64,000 bases of DNA from an uncultured Chloroflexia bacterium. GTDB lineage: Bacteria; Chloroflexota; Limnocylindria; Limnocylindrales; CSP1-4. The stretch is from positions 342,103 to 406,102 of the forward strand of contig CAVTIO010000003.1 in NCBI GenBank assembly GCA_963734935.1, read 5' to 3'. Shown here piece by piece: positions 50,984 through 59,975 of the stretch. The position numbers and the translations under genes were made by a program. A model generated the notes under the pieces. That model ran no database searches. It saw only the letters and a list, made by a program, of their open reading frames with translations, and had not been told where the DNA came from. Position 1 is the stretch's first letter; each line of letters begins with the position of its first letter.

Positions 50984-53900
50984 ATGCGTGGGTCCCGTCT
51001 CACGGCCTTGTTCATGGCCGTCCTCATCGCCTCGATGACCTCGGTGGCGCCAGCGGTGGCCAAGGATCCACCCTCCACCCCGATCTACCTCGATCCCTCC
51101 TACTCGTTCGCCGAGCGCGCAGCCGACCTGGTTGCGCGCCTAACTCCGCAGGAGCGTGCGGCCCAGCTCACCTCGAGCATGGCGCCGGCGATCAGCCCCA
51201 CCGAGAACCCGCTGCTCACCCCACGGTACGCGGGCCAGACGACGCTCAACGACGCCGTGGCCGCGGGTGACACCGAGTTCAGCCCCGCCGGCACGTCGGA
51301 CATGGCTGTCGGCTCCCCGCTGGTGTTCGATCCTGACGGGATCGCCGAGACCGTGACCCTGACCCAGATCGGAGCCGGGGCCGGCTTCGCGTCATCGCTG
51401 CAGGCGGACGCGAGCGCGGGCGACACGACGCTGACCGTGCGGTTTCCCGGGTTCGCGTTCACGGTTGGCCGAACGATCGTCATCGACCCCGGTCCGAACG
51501 AGGAGTACCGCGTTGTCGCGAGCGTGGGTGGCGGTTTCACTGGGCCAATCACGATCACCGAACCGCTTTCCACGTCGCATCCATCCGGGGTGACGGTGCA
51601 GCAGATTGCGCTGCCCAGCACGTTCGAGCCGGCGCTGACCCACGACTATCCGGCAGGGACGGTGATCCACGTCCTGGCGGGCCTGCCGTCGTACGGCTGG
51701 TGGAACGAGGCACTGCACGGCCCGTCCGCCGAGACGACGGTCAGCGGATCCAACGCAGGCGCGCTGGTCAACACCACCTCGTATCCCATCGATCAGTCGA
51801 TGGGTGCGAGCTGGGATCCCAACCTCATGTACCGGGTCGCGACGCAGATCGGCGACGAGGCACGCGAGGTGATGCGCAGCAACAAGTTCAACCTCGACTT
51901 CTACTCGCCGACGGTCAACCTCGAGCGTGATCCCCGCTGGGGCCGCAACGACGAGTCATACGGCGAGGACCCGTACCTGGTCAATCAGATCGTCAACCAG
52001 TTCGTGAACGGCATGGAGGGCAAGGACCAGAACGGCAACCTGCTGCCCGAGGGAAGCGGCTTCTACAAGACGCTGACCACGCTCAAGCACTACGTGGGTA
52101 ACAACAGTGAAGGCTACTCGAGCAGCGACCCGAACGGTCGCCTCAACGGCTCGTCCGACATGGACGACCGCACCCTGCGCGAGTACTACGCAATGCCGTT
52201 CCGGCTCATCACCGAGGACACGCAGCAGGGTTCGATCATGAGCTCGTACAACGAGGTGAACGGCACCCCGTCGGCCGCCAGCACATACCTCAACGACACC
52301 CTGATGCGGCAGACGTTCGGGTTCCAGGGCTACTTCACCGGCGACTGCGACGCGGTGTCCGAGATCACGCCGCGCCACAACTGGGAGCCCGAGGGCTTTG
52401 GCCGGCCGCTGACCGGTGTCGAGTCGCTCGCCTTCGCGCTCGCCTCGGGTGAGGATCTCGAATGTAACGCGGGCTACAAGGGCAACAACTTCTACATCGG
52501 CACCAACTCCCAGGGCGGGACCGTCAACGCGATCGGGATGCACATCACGACGCCCAACGGCCTGCACACCATCAACGACGTCGACGTGTCCGCCACTCGG
52601 CTGTTCAGCGCGCGCATGAAGCTCGGCGAGTTCAACCCCGACAGCAGCGTGCCGTGGGTCGTCGCTGCCCGTGACCGGGTCCCGATGGGCAGCTGGGTCA
52701 ACAGCAACGCCAACAACGCGATCACCGAGACGCCCGAGCGCCTCGCGCTCGCGCGCGAGGCGGCCGACAAGTCGATCGTGCTGCTCAAGAACGACACCAC
52801 CACTCGCAAGGACGGGTCGGAGGGCAAGCTGCTCCCGATCCCGGTACCCACGTCAGGCGAGTTCAAGGTCCTGGTTGTCGGCGCGTACGCCGACAACGGC
52901 GGCTTCTTCCTGGGCGGCTACTCGAGCTTCCAGCAGTCGGCCGGACAGGCCAACATGGTCACCCCGTACGACGGGCTGCAGGCGGCGATCACCGCGATCG
53001 ACCCCGACGCCCAGGTCGACTACATGCGCGGCTTCACGGGCACGAGCTCGAGCGCTGGAAACTGCTGCAACACGATCGATGACAGCGTCCTGACGGCGGC
53101 TGCCGACTATGACTACGTCATCTTCTATGCGGGCATGGACCAGAGCGTCGCCAACGGCACGACCGGTCGCGAAGACCGGGACCGCACGAGCCTCCTGCTG
53201 CCGGGCCTGCAGGGCGAGCTGATCGATCAGCTCGCGCTGGCCAACCCCAACACGGTTGCGTTCATGGAGACCATCGGACCCCAGGACATCACGTCCTTCG
53301 AGCCCGACACGGCCGCCATCCTTTGGAGCTCGTTCCTCGGCCTGCGCAAGGGCGAGGCCGTCGCCGACGTCCTGCTGGGCGCGGTCAACCCGAGCGGCCA
53401 CACCAACGCCATCTGGTACCAGACCGTGGACCAGATCCCGTCCATCTACGACTACACGATCCGGCCGGTGGGCGACACGGGTCGCACCTACATGTATTAC
53501 AACGGGCCGCTGATGTACCCCTTCGGGCACGGCCTCAGCTACACGACGTTCGCCTACTCGAACCTCGTGCTCAGCTCGACCAGCCTTGACGCCAACGACA
53601 CGGTGAACGTAAGCGTCGACGTCACCAACACCGGTGCCGTCGCGGGTGACGAGGTCGTCGAGCTGTACGTCGCGACGCCCGACGCGCCTGCAGCGCTCGA
53701 GCGCCCGATCAAGCGCCTCGAGGGCTTCCAGAAGGTGTCCCTCGAGCCGGGCGAGACGAAGACGGTCACGCTCCCAGTGGCGGTGCCTGACCTCGCCTTC
53801 TACGAGGAGGCCGCCGCCAAGTGGGTCGTCGACAACGGCACCTACGAGTTCCAGGTCAGCACCTCGAGCGCCGACGCCGATATCCAGCTCGACGCCACCG

Positions 53901-55339
53901 CCCAGGTGACCGGAACCATCACACCGGTGCCCAGTGTGCTCACCGCCAAGCCACGGATGGACGGCAGCGACCTCGCGCGCGGTATCACCGCGCGCGTGCT
54001 GTTCCCCGAGGGCATCGTCGTTGATCCGGGGCTCACGGTCGCCATGAACGACGACACCCTGTACGGGTTCAAGGAGATCGGCCAGAGCGTGCCGTTCCCC
54101 AAGGGCATGACCTTGACCTACAGCAGCAACCGGCCGTCGGTGGTCGCCGTCGACGCTGATGGAACCATCCATACCGTCGCCAACGGCGCGGCCACGGTGA
54201 CCGCGACCGCCACCTACCATGGTGTCTCCGCCTCGACCTCGTTTGCGGTCCGGGTCCTGTCCGACCTGACCGATCTGCAGGTCAACGGCACCACGGTGGC
54301 CGGCTTCAATCCCGACATCACCGAGTACGACGTGGTCCTCCCGGACGATGTCCCGCCGGTGCCGATCGTCTCGGCTGCCGCGCAGACGGGCGACGTCGAG
54401 ATCACCCAGGCCGACGCCGTTCCGGGCGTGGCCACCATCACCTCGACGGGGCCTGACGGCATCGTCGCCACCTACCACATCAACTTCGCCCGGGCGTCGC
54501 AGTCCGACGAGTTCGACAGCGCGACGCTGGCCCCTGAATGGAGCTTCGTACGCGAGGCGCCCGACAACTGGAGCCTGACGTCGGATCCCGGCTCGATGGT
54601 CATCACGCCGCAGCAGGGTGAGATCGAAGGCAGTGGCAACAACGGCCAGAACATCCTGCTGCAGCCGGCGCTCGGCGACTGGACGATGTCGTCCAAGCTC
54701 ACCTTCAGCGCCCGGCCCAATGCGGCCACCCAGCAAGGCGGGATCATCGCCTACGCGGACGATGACAACTTCCTCAAGTTCGGCCTCGAGGCGACCTCGG
54801 CGTCGAACATCCGGTTCAACGTCACCCTCGAGGACAACCTGCGCGGCAACCCGATCACCCAGACGCTGACCACGGTGTCGGCCAACGACATCCTGCCCGA
54901 CGACAACACCATCTGGCTCCAGATGACCAAGTCGGGTCCGTACTACACGTCGTCCTACTCGATCGACGGCGACACCTGGGTTCCGGTGTGGACCACGGGA
55001 GCCACACTCAACAACGTTCAGGCCGGCCTGTTCGCCTTCAACGGCAACGGCACCACGACCGACCTCACCGTCGCGTTCGACGACTTCCAGATCGACGGGA
55101 CCCAGGCCGCGCCGGTCACGTTCGAGATGCTGACCAACGCCGTCAACGCCTTCAGCGACAAGGAGGGCGTCGCCAACGCCCTGGTCGCCAAGCTCGATGC
55201 GGCGGCTTCGGCCAACGGCACCAACACCCGCGACAATCAGCTGACCGCGTTCATCAACCTGGTGAACGCCCAGACCGGAAAGGCGCTCACCGCCCACGAG
55301 GCAGAGATCCTGATCGCTCTGGCCAACGTGCTCATGTAG
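50984..55339 (+). CDS. Secreted multidomain GH3 glycoside hydrolase (beta-xylosidase/glucosidase-like)
   Basis: Signal peptide; WWNEALHG, RDPRWGRNDESYGEDP, KHY, MSSYN, nucleophile GDC, VLLKN and YPFGHGLSYT; then Fn3-like, Ig-like, ConA-like (SDEF...W..VRE) and short helical C-terminal modules. Confidence 0.95.
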   Translation: MRGSRLTALFMAVLIASMTSVAPAVAKDPPSTPIYLDPSYSFAERAADLVARLTPQERAAQLTSSMAPAISPTENPLLTPRYAGQTTLNDAVAAGDTEFSPAGTSDMAVGSPLVFDPDGIAETVTLTQIGAGAGFASSLQADASAGDTTLTVRFPGFAFTVGRTIVIDPGPNEEYRVVASVGGGFTGPITITEPLSTSHPSGVTVQQIALPSTFEPALTHDYPAGTVIHVLAGLPSYGWWNEALHGPSAETTVSGSNAGALVNTTSYPIDQSMGASWDPNLMYRVATQIGDEAREVMRSNKFNLDFYSPTVNLERDPRWGRNDESYGEDPYLVNQIVNQFVNGMEGKDQNGNLLPEGSGFYKTLTTLKHYVGNNSEGYSSSDPNGRLNGSSDMDDRTLREYYAMPFRLITEDTQQGSIMSSYNEVNGTPSAASTYLNDTLMRQTFGFQGYFTGDCDAVSEITPRHNWEPEGFGRPLTGVESLAFALASGEDLECNAGYKGNNFYIGTNSQGGTVNAIGMHITTPNGLHTINDVDVSATRLFSARMKLGEFNPDSSVPWVVAARDRVPMGSWVNSNANNAITETPERLALAREAADKSIVLLKNDTTTRKDGSEGKLLPIPVPTSGEFKVLVVGAYADNGGFFLGGYSSFQQSAGQANMVTPYDGLQAAITAIDPDAQVDYMRGFTGTSSSAGNCCNTIDDSVLTAAADYDYVIFYAGMDQSVANGTTGREDRDRTSLLLPGLQGELIDQLALANPNTVAFMETIGPQDITSFEPDTAAILWSSFLGLRKGEAVADVLLGAVNPSGHTNAIWYQTVDQIPSIYDYTIRPVGDTGRTYMYYNGPLMYPFGHGLSYTTFAYSNLVLSSTSLDANDTVNVSVDVTNTGAVAGDEVVELYVATPDAPAALERPIKRLEGFQKVSLEPGETKTVTLPVAVPDLAFYEEAAAKWVVDNGTYEFQVSTSSADADIQLDATAQVTGTITPVPSVLTAKPRMDGSDLARGITARVLFPEGIVVDPGLTVAMNDDTLYGFKEIGQSVPFPKGMTLTYSSNRPSVVAVDADGTIHTVANGAATVTATATYHGVSASTSFAVRVLSDLTDLQVNGTTVAGFNPDITEYDVVLPDDVPPVPIVSAAAQTGDVEITQADAVPGVATITSTGPDGIVATYHINFARASQSDEFDSATLAPEWSFVREAPDNWSLTSDPGSMVITPQQGEIEGSGNNGQNILLQPALGDWTMSSKLTFSARPNAATQQGGIIAYADDDNFLKFGLEATSASNIRFNVTLEDNLRGNPITQTLTTVSANDILPDDNTIWLQMTKSGPYYTSSYSIDGDTWVPVWTTGATLNNVQAGLFAFNGNGTTTDLTVAFDDFQIDGTQAAPVTFEMLTNAVNAFSDKEGVANALVAKLDAAASANGTNTRDNQLTAFINLVNAQTGKALTAHEAEILIALANVLM

Positions 55340-55387
55340 CCCACGGGACGCCCGGAGCCTCGCGGCCTGGGCGCCACGACTTCTCCC

Positions 55388-55414
55388 ACGGCGCCGCCGG
55401 ACCGGCGGCGCCGT
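55388..55414 (+). terminator. Hairpin after the GH3 gene
   Basis: ACGGCGCCGCCGG-A-CCGGCGGCGCCGT inverted repeat. Confidence 0.6.
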
Positions 55415-55546
55415 CCCGCGTCGGCCGCGCCCCAGTCCACGAACCCTGACCGCAGACCCGATAACACGCCGAGCGTGACCGATCGGCAGGGTCAATAGAA
55501 GGCCGGGGCGAGAGTCACGGGTGCGTCACGCGCCTACGATGACGCC

Positions 55547-55831
55547 ATGCGCGGCGGGCAAACGTGGTGCTGGTGGGTGACACGGATCGAGCTGTCGATC
55601 GCCATCTATCTGGTGTTCATCGGCCTGGACCTCATCGTCCGCGGGGTCGCGCTGGCCCCGTATACGGGGGCGCCGCTGAGTGTCGAGCCGTTGGCCCCGT
55701 TCACGCCCTGGGGCATGCTCGCACTCCTCGGCTCGATCGCCGGGCTGACGTGGGGGCGCGCCTTCGGTGGCGGGCATCTTCGAGGCCCGATCGAAGAGCC
55801 GCCGCCGCTTTGGCGCCACCGGCCACGCTGA
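55547..55831 (+). CDS. Small two-TM membrane protein (leaderless)
   Basis: TACGAT 6 nt before ATG; two hydrophobic segments; ends RGPIEEPPPLWRHR. Confidence 0.6.
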   Translation: MRGGQTWCWWVTRIELSIAIYLVFIGLDLIVRGVALAPYTGAPLSVEPLAPFTPWGMLALLGSIAGLTWGRAFGGGHLRGPIEEPPPLWRHRPR

Positions 55832-55861
55832 CCTCCAAGACTAGGCGCCCGCCAACCCGGG

Positions 55862-55965
55862 TCGGCCCGCGAGGAGTGGCGCGGACACGATGTCGACCGC
55901 GGAGGACAATCGGAACGCTCGTCGCTCAATCAGTCCGGCACCGAGCCTAGATTGACTCAGGCGCA
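55862..55965 (+). repeat. ~104-bp element, copy B
   Basis: Direct repeat of 50526-50628. Confidence 0.9.
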
Positions 55966-56083
55966 CGCCAGGCGATCACCTGATAGATCTGGCGCGTTCA
56001 CCGTGATTGCGGCCGAGGAGGGCCGCTCAAGCCGCCTCACCACGCTCAACGGACTCGACCATGGCTTGGAACCGTTCAAGGTC

Positions 56084-56130
56084 CTCTGGATCAGGGGGTT
56101 GAAGGTTCGAATCCTTCCGTGCCAGCCAAC
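56084..56130 (+). repeat. Duplicated 3' half of tRNA-Gln (attR-like)
   Basis: CTCTGGATCAGGGGGTTGAAGGTTCGAATCCTTCCGTGCCAGCCAAC; starts in the anticodon loop, no 5' half upstream. Confidence 0.92.
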
Positions 56131-56571
56131 CCCCCACACTCCCCACTTCCGGGCGCGTGTGCCATGGGCGGCATCTCATTGCCCCATCCAAGCACGCCGG
56201 TCGGCATCGCACCGCAACGACGTTCCGTTTGTTCCGTCCCTGCGCCCGCACCCCAAGATATCGGCCGTGCAAGACCCGCTCTCTTGACGGCGGCACCTAC
56301 CAGATCAGGCGGCCAGACCTCGTCACCTTCGTTCGCCGCTGGGTCAGGGATGACTGGGACTGGACGCGTTGCCCCAAGCACCTCCCCCGCGCCCGTTGGA
56401 GACAATGATCCATGTCCGCTGGGACAGGACGAGACCCTCGGTGTGTTGGCTATGTCGACCGGTTCGCTGACACGACTCGAACCCGTCTTGCCTCGATGGG
56501 GTCGGCAACACGGACGAGCGTACCCGGTGAGGTAGACATCGCCGTGGTGAGATGAGCACCGGTGGCGCGCC

Positions 56572-57471
56572 TCAGGCCAGATGAAGGAGCCGCCGTGGGC
56601 CACTCACCAGCAGTTGTTTCAGATCCCCCTCGGTTAGCCCGGCCTCCGCAAGACTCGTAGCAAAGCCTGCCAGCCCGTCCGGGTACGGCGGGTTACCCGG
56701 CTGCCCGAGGTCGCTCGACACGATGTTCCGATCGATCCCGGTGGCCCTGATGGCGGCCACGAGGTAGGAAGCCGAGACCCGGTCTGACCAGACGCCCGAA
56801 GCAACATATGCCGGCCGCTCGAACATCATGCCCGGCACGGCTGCGGCCAACTCCAGCTGCTCACCCACTGACATGCCCGGCACGGCGTAGTCGGGATGTG
56901 TGACCAGGAAGCGGGTGCCGGCCGAAGCGGCCAGTCGAGCCACCGGTCCGATCCAGCTCGTGCCGACGTGCCCCGACGCAAGCAGGGCATCAGCCCGTGC
57001 CACCGATCGGCAGATCGCCCGGAGGTCTTTCTGGGTCGCCTGACCATGGACATCCAGAGCAAGGCCCCCGGCGGTCTCAGGGATCTGGGCCGGATGCCGG
57101 CGTAGGCCTGCCCAGCGTCGACCCTTTCGCCCGAAGACCTCCCCGTGTGCGTCGCTGCCGAGCGAGGGCAGCCACACGACACGCGCGCCGAGGGCCAGTG
57201 ACACCTCCACCGCGTCCGGGTTGAGACCGCCCGTCACGAATGGATTGAGCACGATCCCGCCAAACACGTCGAAGCCGGTCGCCTCTCGAGCGAGGGCCGC
57301 TCGCCCGACGGTGGATTCGACGTGGCTCTTGATCACGAGCGCCCGCATCCCTGCTGCCTGGGCGCGACGGGCAAGCTCGATGTCGCTGTGGCGTCGCGGG
57401 GCGAGGTCAGGTCCGCCGTGGACGTGGAGGTCGACCGCGCCGGTGAGCTGGACGACCGGCGCGGTCGTCAT
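56572..57471 (-). CDS. Amidohydrolase-superfamily metal-dependent hydrolase (DUF6282-like)
   Basis: DLHVHGGPD, IKSH, GGIVLN, SGH, VTHP and SSDLGQ; ATG overlaps the permease stop. Confidence 0.82.
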   Translation of the reverse strand: MTTAPVVQLTGAVDLHVHGGPDLAPRRHSDIELARRAQAAGMRALVIKSHVESTVGRAALAREATGFDVFGGIVLNPFVTGGLNPDAVEVSLALGARVVWLPSLGSDAHGEVFGRKGRRWAGLRRHPAQIPETAGGLALDVHGQATQKDLRAICRSVARADALLASGHVGTSWIGPVARLAASAGTRFLVTHPDYAVPGMSVGEQLELAAAVPGMMFERPAYVASGVWSDRVSASYLVAAIRATGIDRNIVSSDLGQPGNPPYPDGLAGFATSLAEAGLTEGDLKQLLVSGPRRLLHLA

Positions 57472-58448
57472 TGCGAAAGCAGCCGGCGCGCGACGCCCGA
57501 GAGGGCCACGGCCGCGATGAGCAGCGTCCCCTTCGTCCAGTTCTGGACGTACAGCGGGGCCCCGAGGATCGTCAGGCCGGTAAAGATGACCGAGAGAAGC
57601 AGCACCCCGACGACGGTGCCGAGCACGTGGAACTCGCCGTCGCGCATCGTGACGGCCCCGAGGAAGTTCGCCGTGAACGCATCCAGGAGCAGCGCGTCGC
57701 CGGCGCTCGGATAGCCGATCCCGAACTGGGCCCCGAGCATCACGCCACCGAGCGCGGCGAACGTGCTCGACAGCATGAACGCGAGCACGCGCGCTCGGGT
57801 GACTCCGATTCCGGTCAGTCGGGCCGCTTCGGCATTGCCGCCGATCGCATACATCTGACGGCCCACCGGCGTGTGGTTCAGCAGCACCCATGCGAGCGCA
57901 CACACGACGATCGCAACCCAGACCAGGAGCGGCAGACCCAGCAAGGTCAACTGCCCGAGTCGCGTGAACTCACGCGGGACCCCGACCGCGATCGTGACGC
58001 CGCCGTTGTACCAGAAGTTGATCCCGACGAGGATGGTGCCCATCGCCAGGGTTGCGATGAACGCCGCAACCCGAAGCTGCGTGACCACGATGCCGTTCAC
58101 CAGCCCGATCAGGGCGCCGAAACCGAGCGTTGCGAGCACGGCGAGCTGCCACGGAAGCCCAGAGAAGGCCATCAGCCCGGTCGCCAGGACGCCACCCAGG
58201 CTGGCCATGAAGCCGATCGAGAGATCGAACTCGAACATGACCATGCAGATCGTGAGGCCGATCGCGACGACGGTGAGCACCGCGCTCTGCTGCAGGATGT
58301 TCACGACTGTCGCGAACTGAAGGAACGCGTCCGGTCGCAGCAGCGAGAAGACGACGACGAGCACGATCAGGGCCCCGATCGTGCCGTAGCGTGCCAGGTA
58401 CTCCACCAAGTGGCGCCTCGGCTGATGGACGACTGCGCTCTCGCTCAT
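57468..58448 (-). CDS. Sugar-type (CUT2/RbsC-like) ABC permease
   Basis: FDLSIG, GLVNG, FIATLA and GRQMYAIGGNAEAARLTGI. Confidence 0.93.
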   Translation of the reverse strand: MSESAVVHQPRRHLVEYLARYGTIGALIVLVVVFSLLRPDAFLQFATVVNILQQSAVLTVVAIGLTICMVMFEFDLSIGFMASLGGVLATGLMAFSGLPWQLAVLATLGFGALIGLVNGIVVTQLRVAAFIATLAMGTILVGINFWYNGGVTIAVGVPREFTRLGQLTLLGLPLLVWVAIVVCALAWVLLNHTPVGRQMYAIGGNAEAARLTGIGVTRARVLAFMLSSTFAALGGVMLGAQFGIGYPSAGDALLLDAFTANFLGAVTMRDGEFHVLGTVVGVLLLSVIFTGLTILGAPLYVQNWTKGTLLIAAVALSGVARRLLSQ

Positions 58449-59973
58449 GCGGCCTCGTCGACCTCGTAGCAGTGGTGCAGGATCTCCGCCTTGGTCAGTC
58501 GTGGAGGTGCAAGCTCGGTAACGACCCGGCCCTCGCGCATCACGACGGCGCGATCGGCGAGCAGGCAGAGCTCATCGAAGTCCGATGAGATGAACAGCAC
58601 GGCAGCGCCCCCATCGGCCAACTCCCGCAGGACGTGGTGGACCTCCGCGCGGGCACCAACGTCGAGGCCGACGGTCGGCTCATCCGCGATGAAGACGCGT
58701 GCACCGCGGAGCATCCAGCGAGCGAGGACGGCCTTCTGCTGGTTGCCACCGGAGAGCTCGCGCACGGGCTGCTGGGGCGAGCGCGTCTTGATCGACAGCT
58801 TCTCGATGTACGAGCGAACGGCCCGACGTTCGGCCCGTCCGTCGATCAGGATCCCCAGCCGGGCGAACCGGGCGAGGCTCGCGAGCGAGATGTTGAATCC
58901 CACGCTCTGCCCGATGATGAGGCCGAGACGACGGCGATCCTCGGGCACGAATGCGATCCCTGCCGCCACGGCTCGCCGTGGCGAGGTCATCTGGATCGGC
59001 TTGCCCGCGAGCTCGATCGAGCCCGAGCTGGGCGGCTCGAGCCCAGCCAGCATGCGGGCCACCGTCGTGCGACCGGAGCCGACCAGCCCGGCCAATGCCA
59101 GGATCTCGCCTGGTCGCAGCTCGAGTGACACCTCGATCCCGGCGGGCGACCGGAGGTTGGTCGCGCGGAGCAGTGGGGCCTCAACCGGGACCTTCACCTC
59201 CGGCGGCCGCTCGGGCTCGACCACGTCGCCCGTCATCAGTTCCACAAGATCGCGGCGCGGCGTCGTGGGTGGCACGGTCGCGATCCTCCGACCATCCCGC
59301 AGCACCGTGATCCGGTCCGCGATGCTAGCGACCTCTTCGAGTCGGTGGGAGATGTAGAGGACCGCCACGCCATTTGCCGTGAGGTCGCGGATGACGCCGG
59401 TCAGGCGTCCAACCTCGCGCTCGGTGAGCGACGCCGTCGGCTCGTCGAGCAGCACGAGATGGGCCTGCCTGAGCAGGCCGCGACACACCGCCACGAGCTG
59501 GAGATCGGCGACGCTCATCGATCGGGCGGGGCGATCGAGGTCCGCCGAAGTCAGGCCGAGCCGCTCGACGATGGGGCGAGTGCGGGCACGAAGCGCCCGC
59601 CACCGAACGATGGGTCCGATTCGGGGCATCGGCAGCCCAAGGTTTGCGTTTTCGAGGACCGACGCGTTCGGGACCACCGCGATCTCCTGGAACACGGCGG
59701 CGACGCCTGCTCGTCCCGCATCGGCCGGACTTCGAAAGTGGACAGGCTTCCCGTCAAGGACGATCTCGCCGGCCGACGATTGCGTCGCGCCGGCGAGGAT
59801 CTTGACGAGCGTCGACTTGCCAGCCCCATTCTGACCGACGAGAGCGTGGACCTCGCCAGCCTCGAGCTCGAGCTCGTCGAGCTCGAGCGCCCGCTGGCCG
59901 GGGTAGTCCTTGACCACCCCGGCCAGCCGGCAGACGACGGACCGCGGGGGGAAACGGCCGTCGGTTCGGACAA
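58445..59973 (-). CDS. Sugar-type (RbsA-like) double ABC ATPase; probable 1-nt frameshift in the G6 run at 59946-59951
   Basis: GQNGAGKST, LDEPT, GLVGSGRT, PEDRR and LSGGNQQK; TTG 59973 (MSEPTAVSP) joins SVVCRLAGVVKDYPG if one base is added in the homopolymer. Confidence 0.88.
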
Positions 59974-59975
59974 GG

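Larger units (their letters stand above)
49084..56130. mobile_element. ~7-kb integrase-less genomic island at tRNA-Gln, flanked by 47-bp att-like direct repeats
   Basis: 49084-49130 and 56084-56130 are identical except for one C/T; no recombinase ORF lies between them. Confidence 0.85.

Noticed and set aside
51194-51673. Intein in the GH3 gene
   Set aside because: No C-terminal His-Asn followed by Cys/Ser/Thr, and no Hint block B or LAGLIDADG motifs.
52853-55495. 880-aa antisense ORF and other long shadow ORFs (e.g. 4-1341, 12553-14640, 33498-35207, 35084-36697)
   Set aside because: They overlap well-supported genes on the opposite strand or frame, are Arg/Gly/Ala-rich without motifs, and are expected in high-GC DNA.
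56084-56130. Second functional tRNA-Gln
   Set aside because: Acceptor 5' strand, D-arm and 5' anticodon stem are missing; only the 3' half is present.
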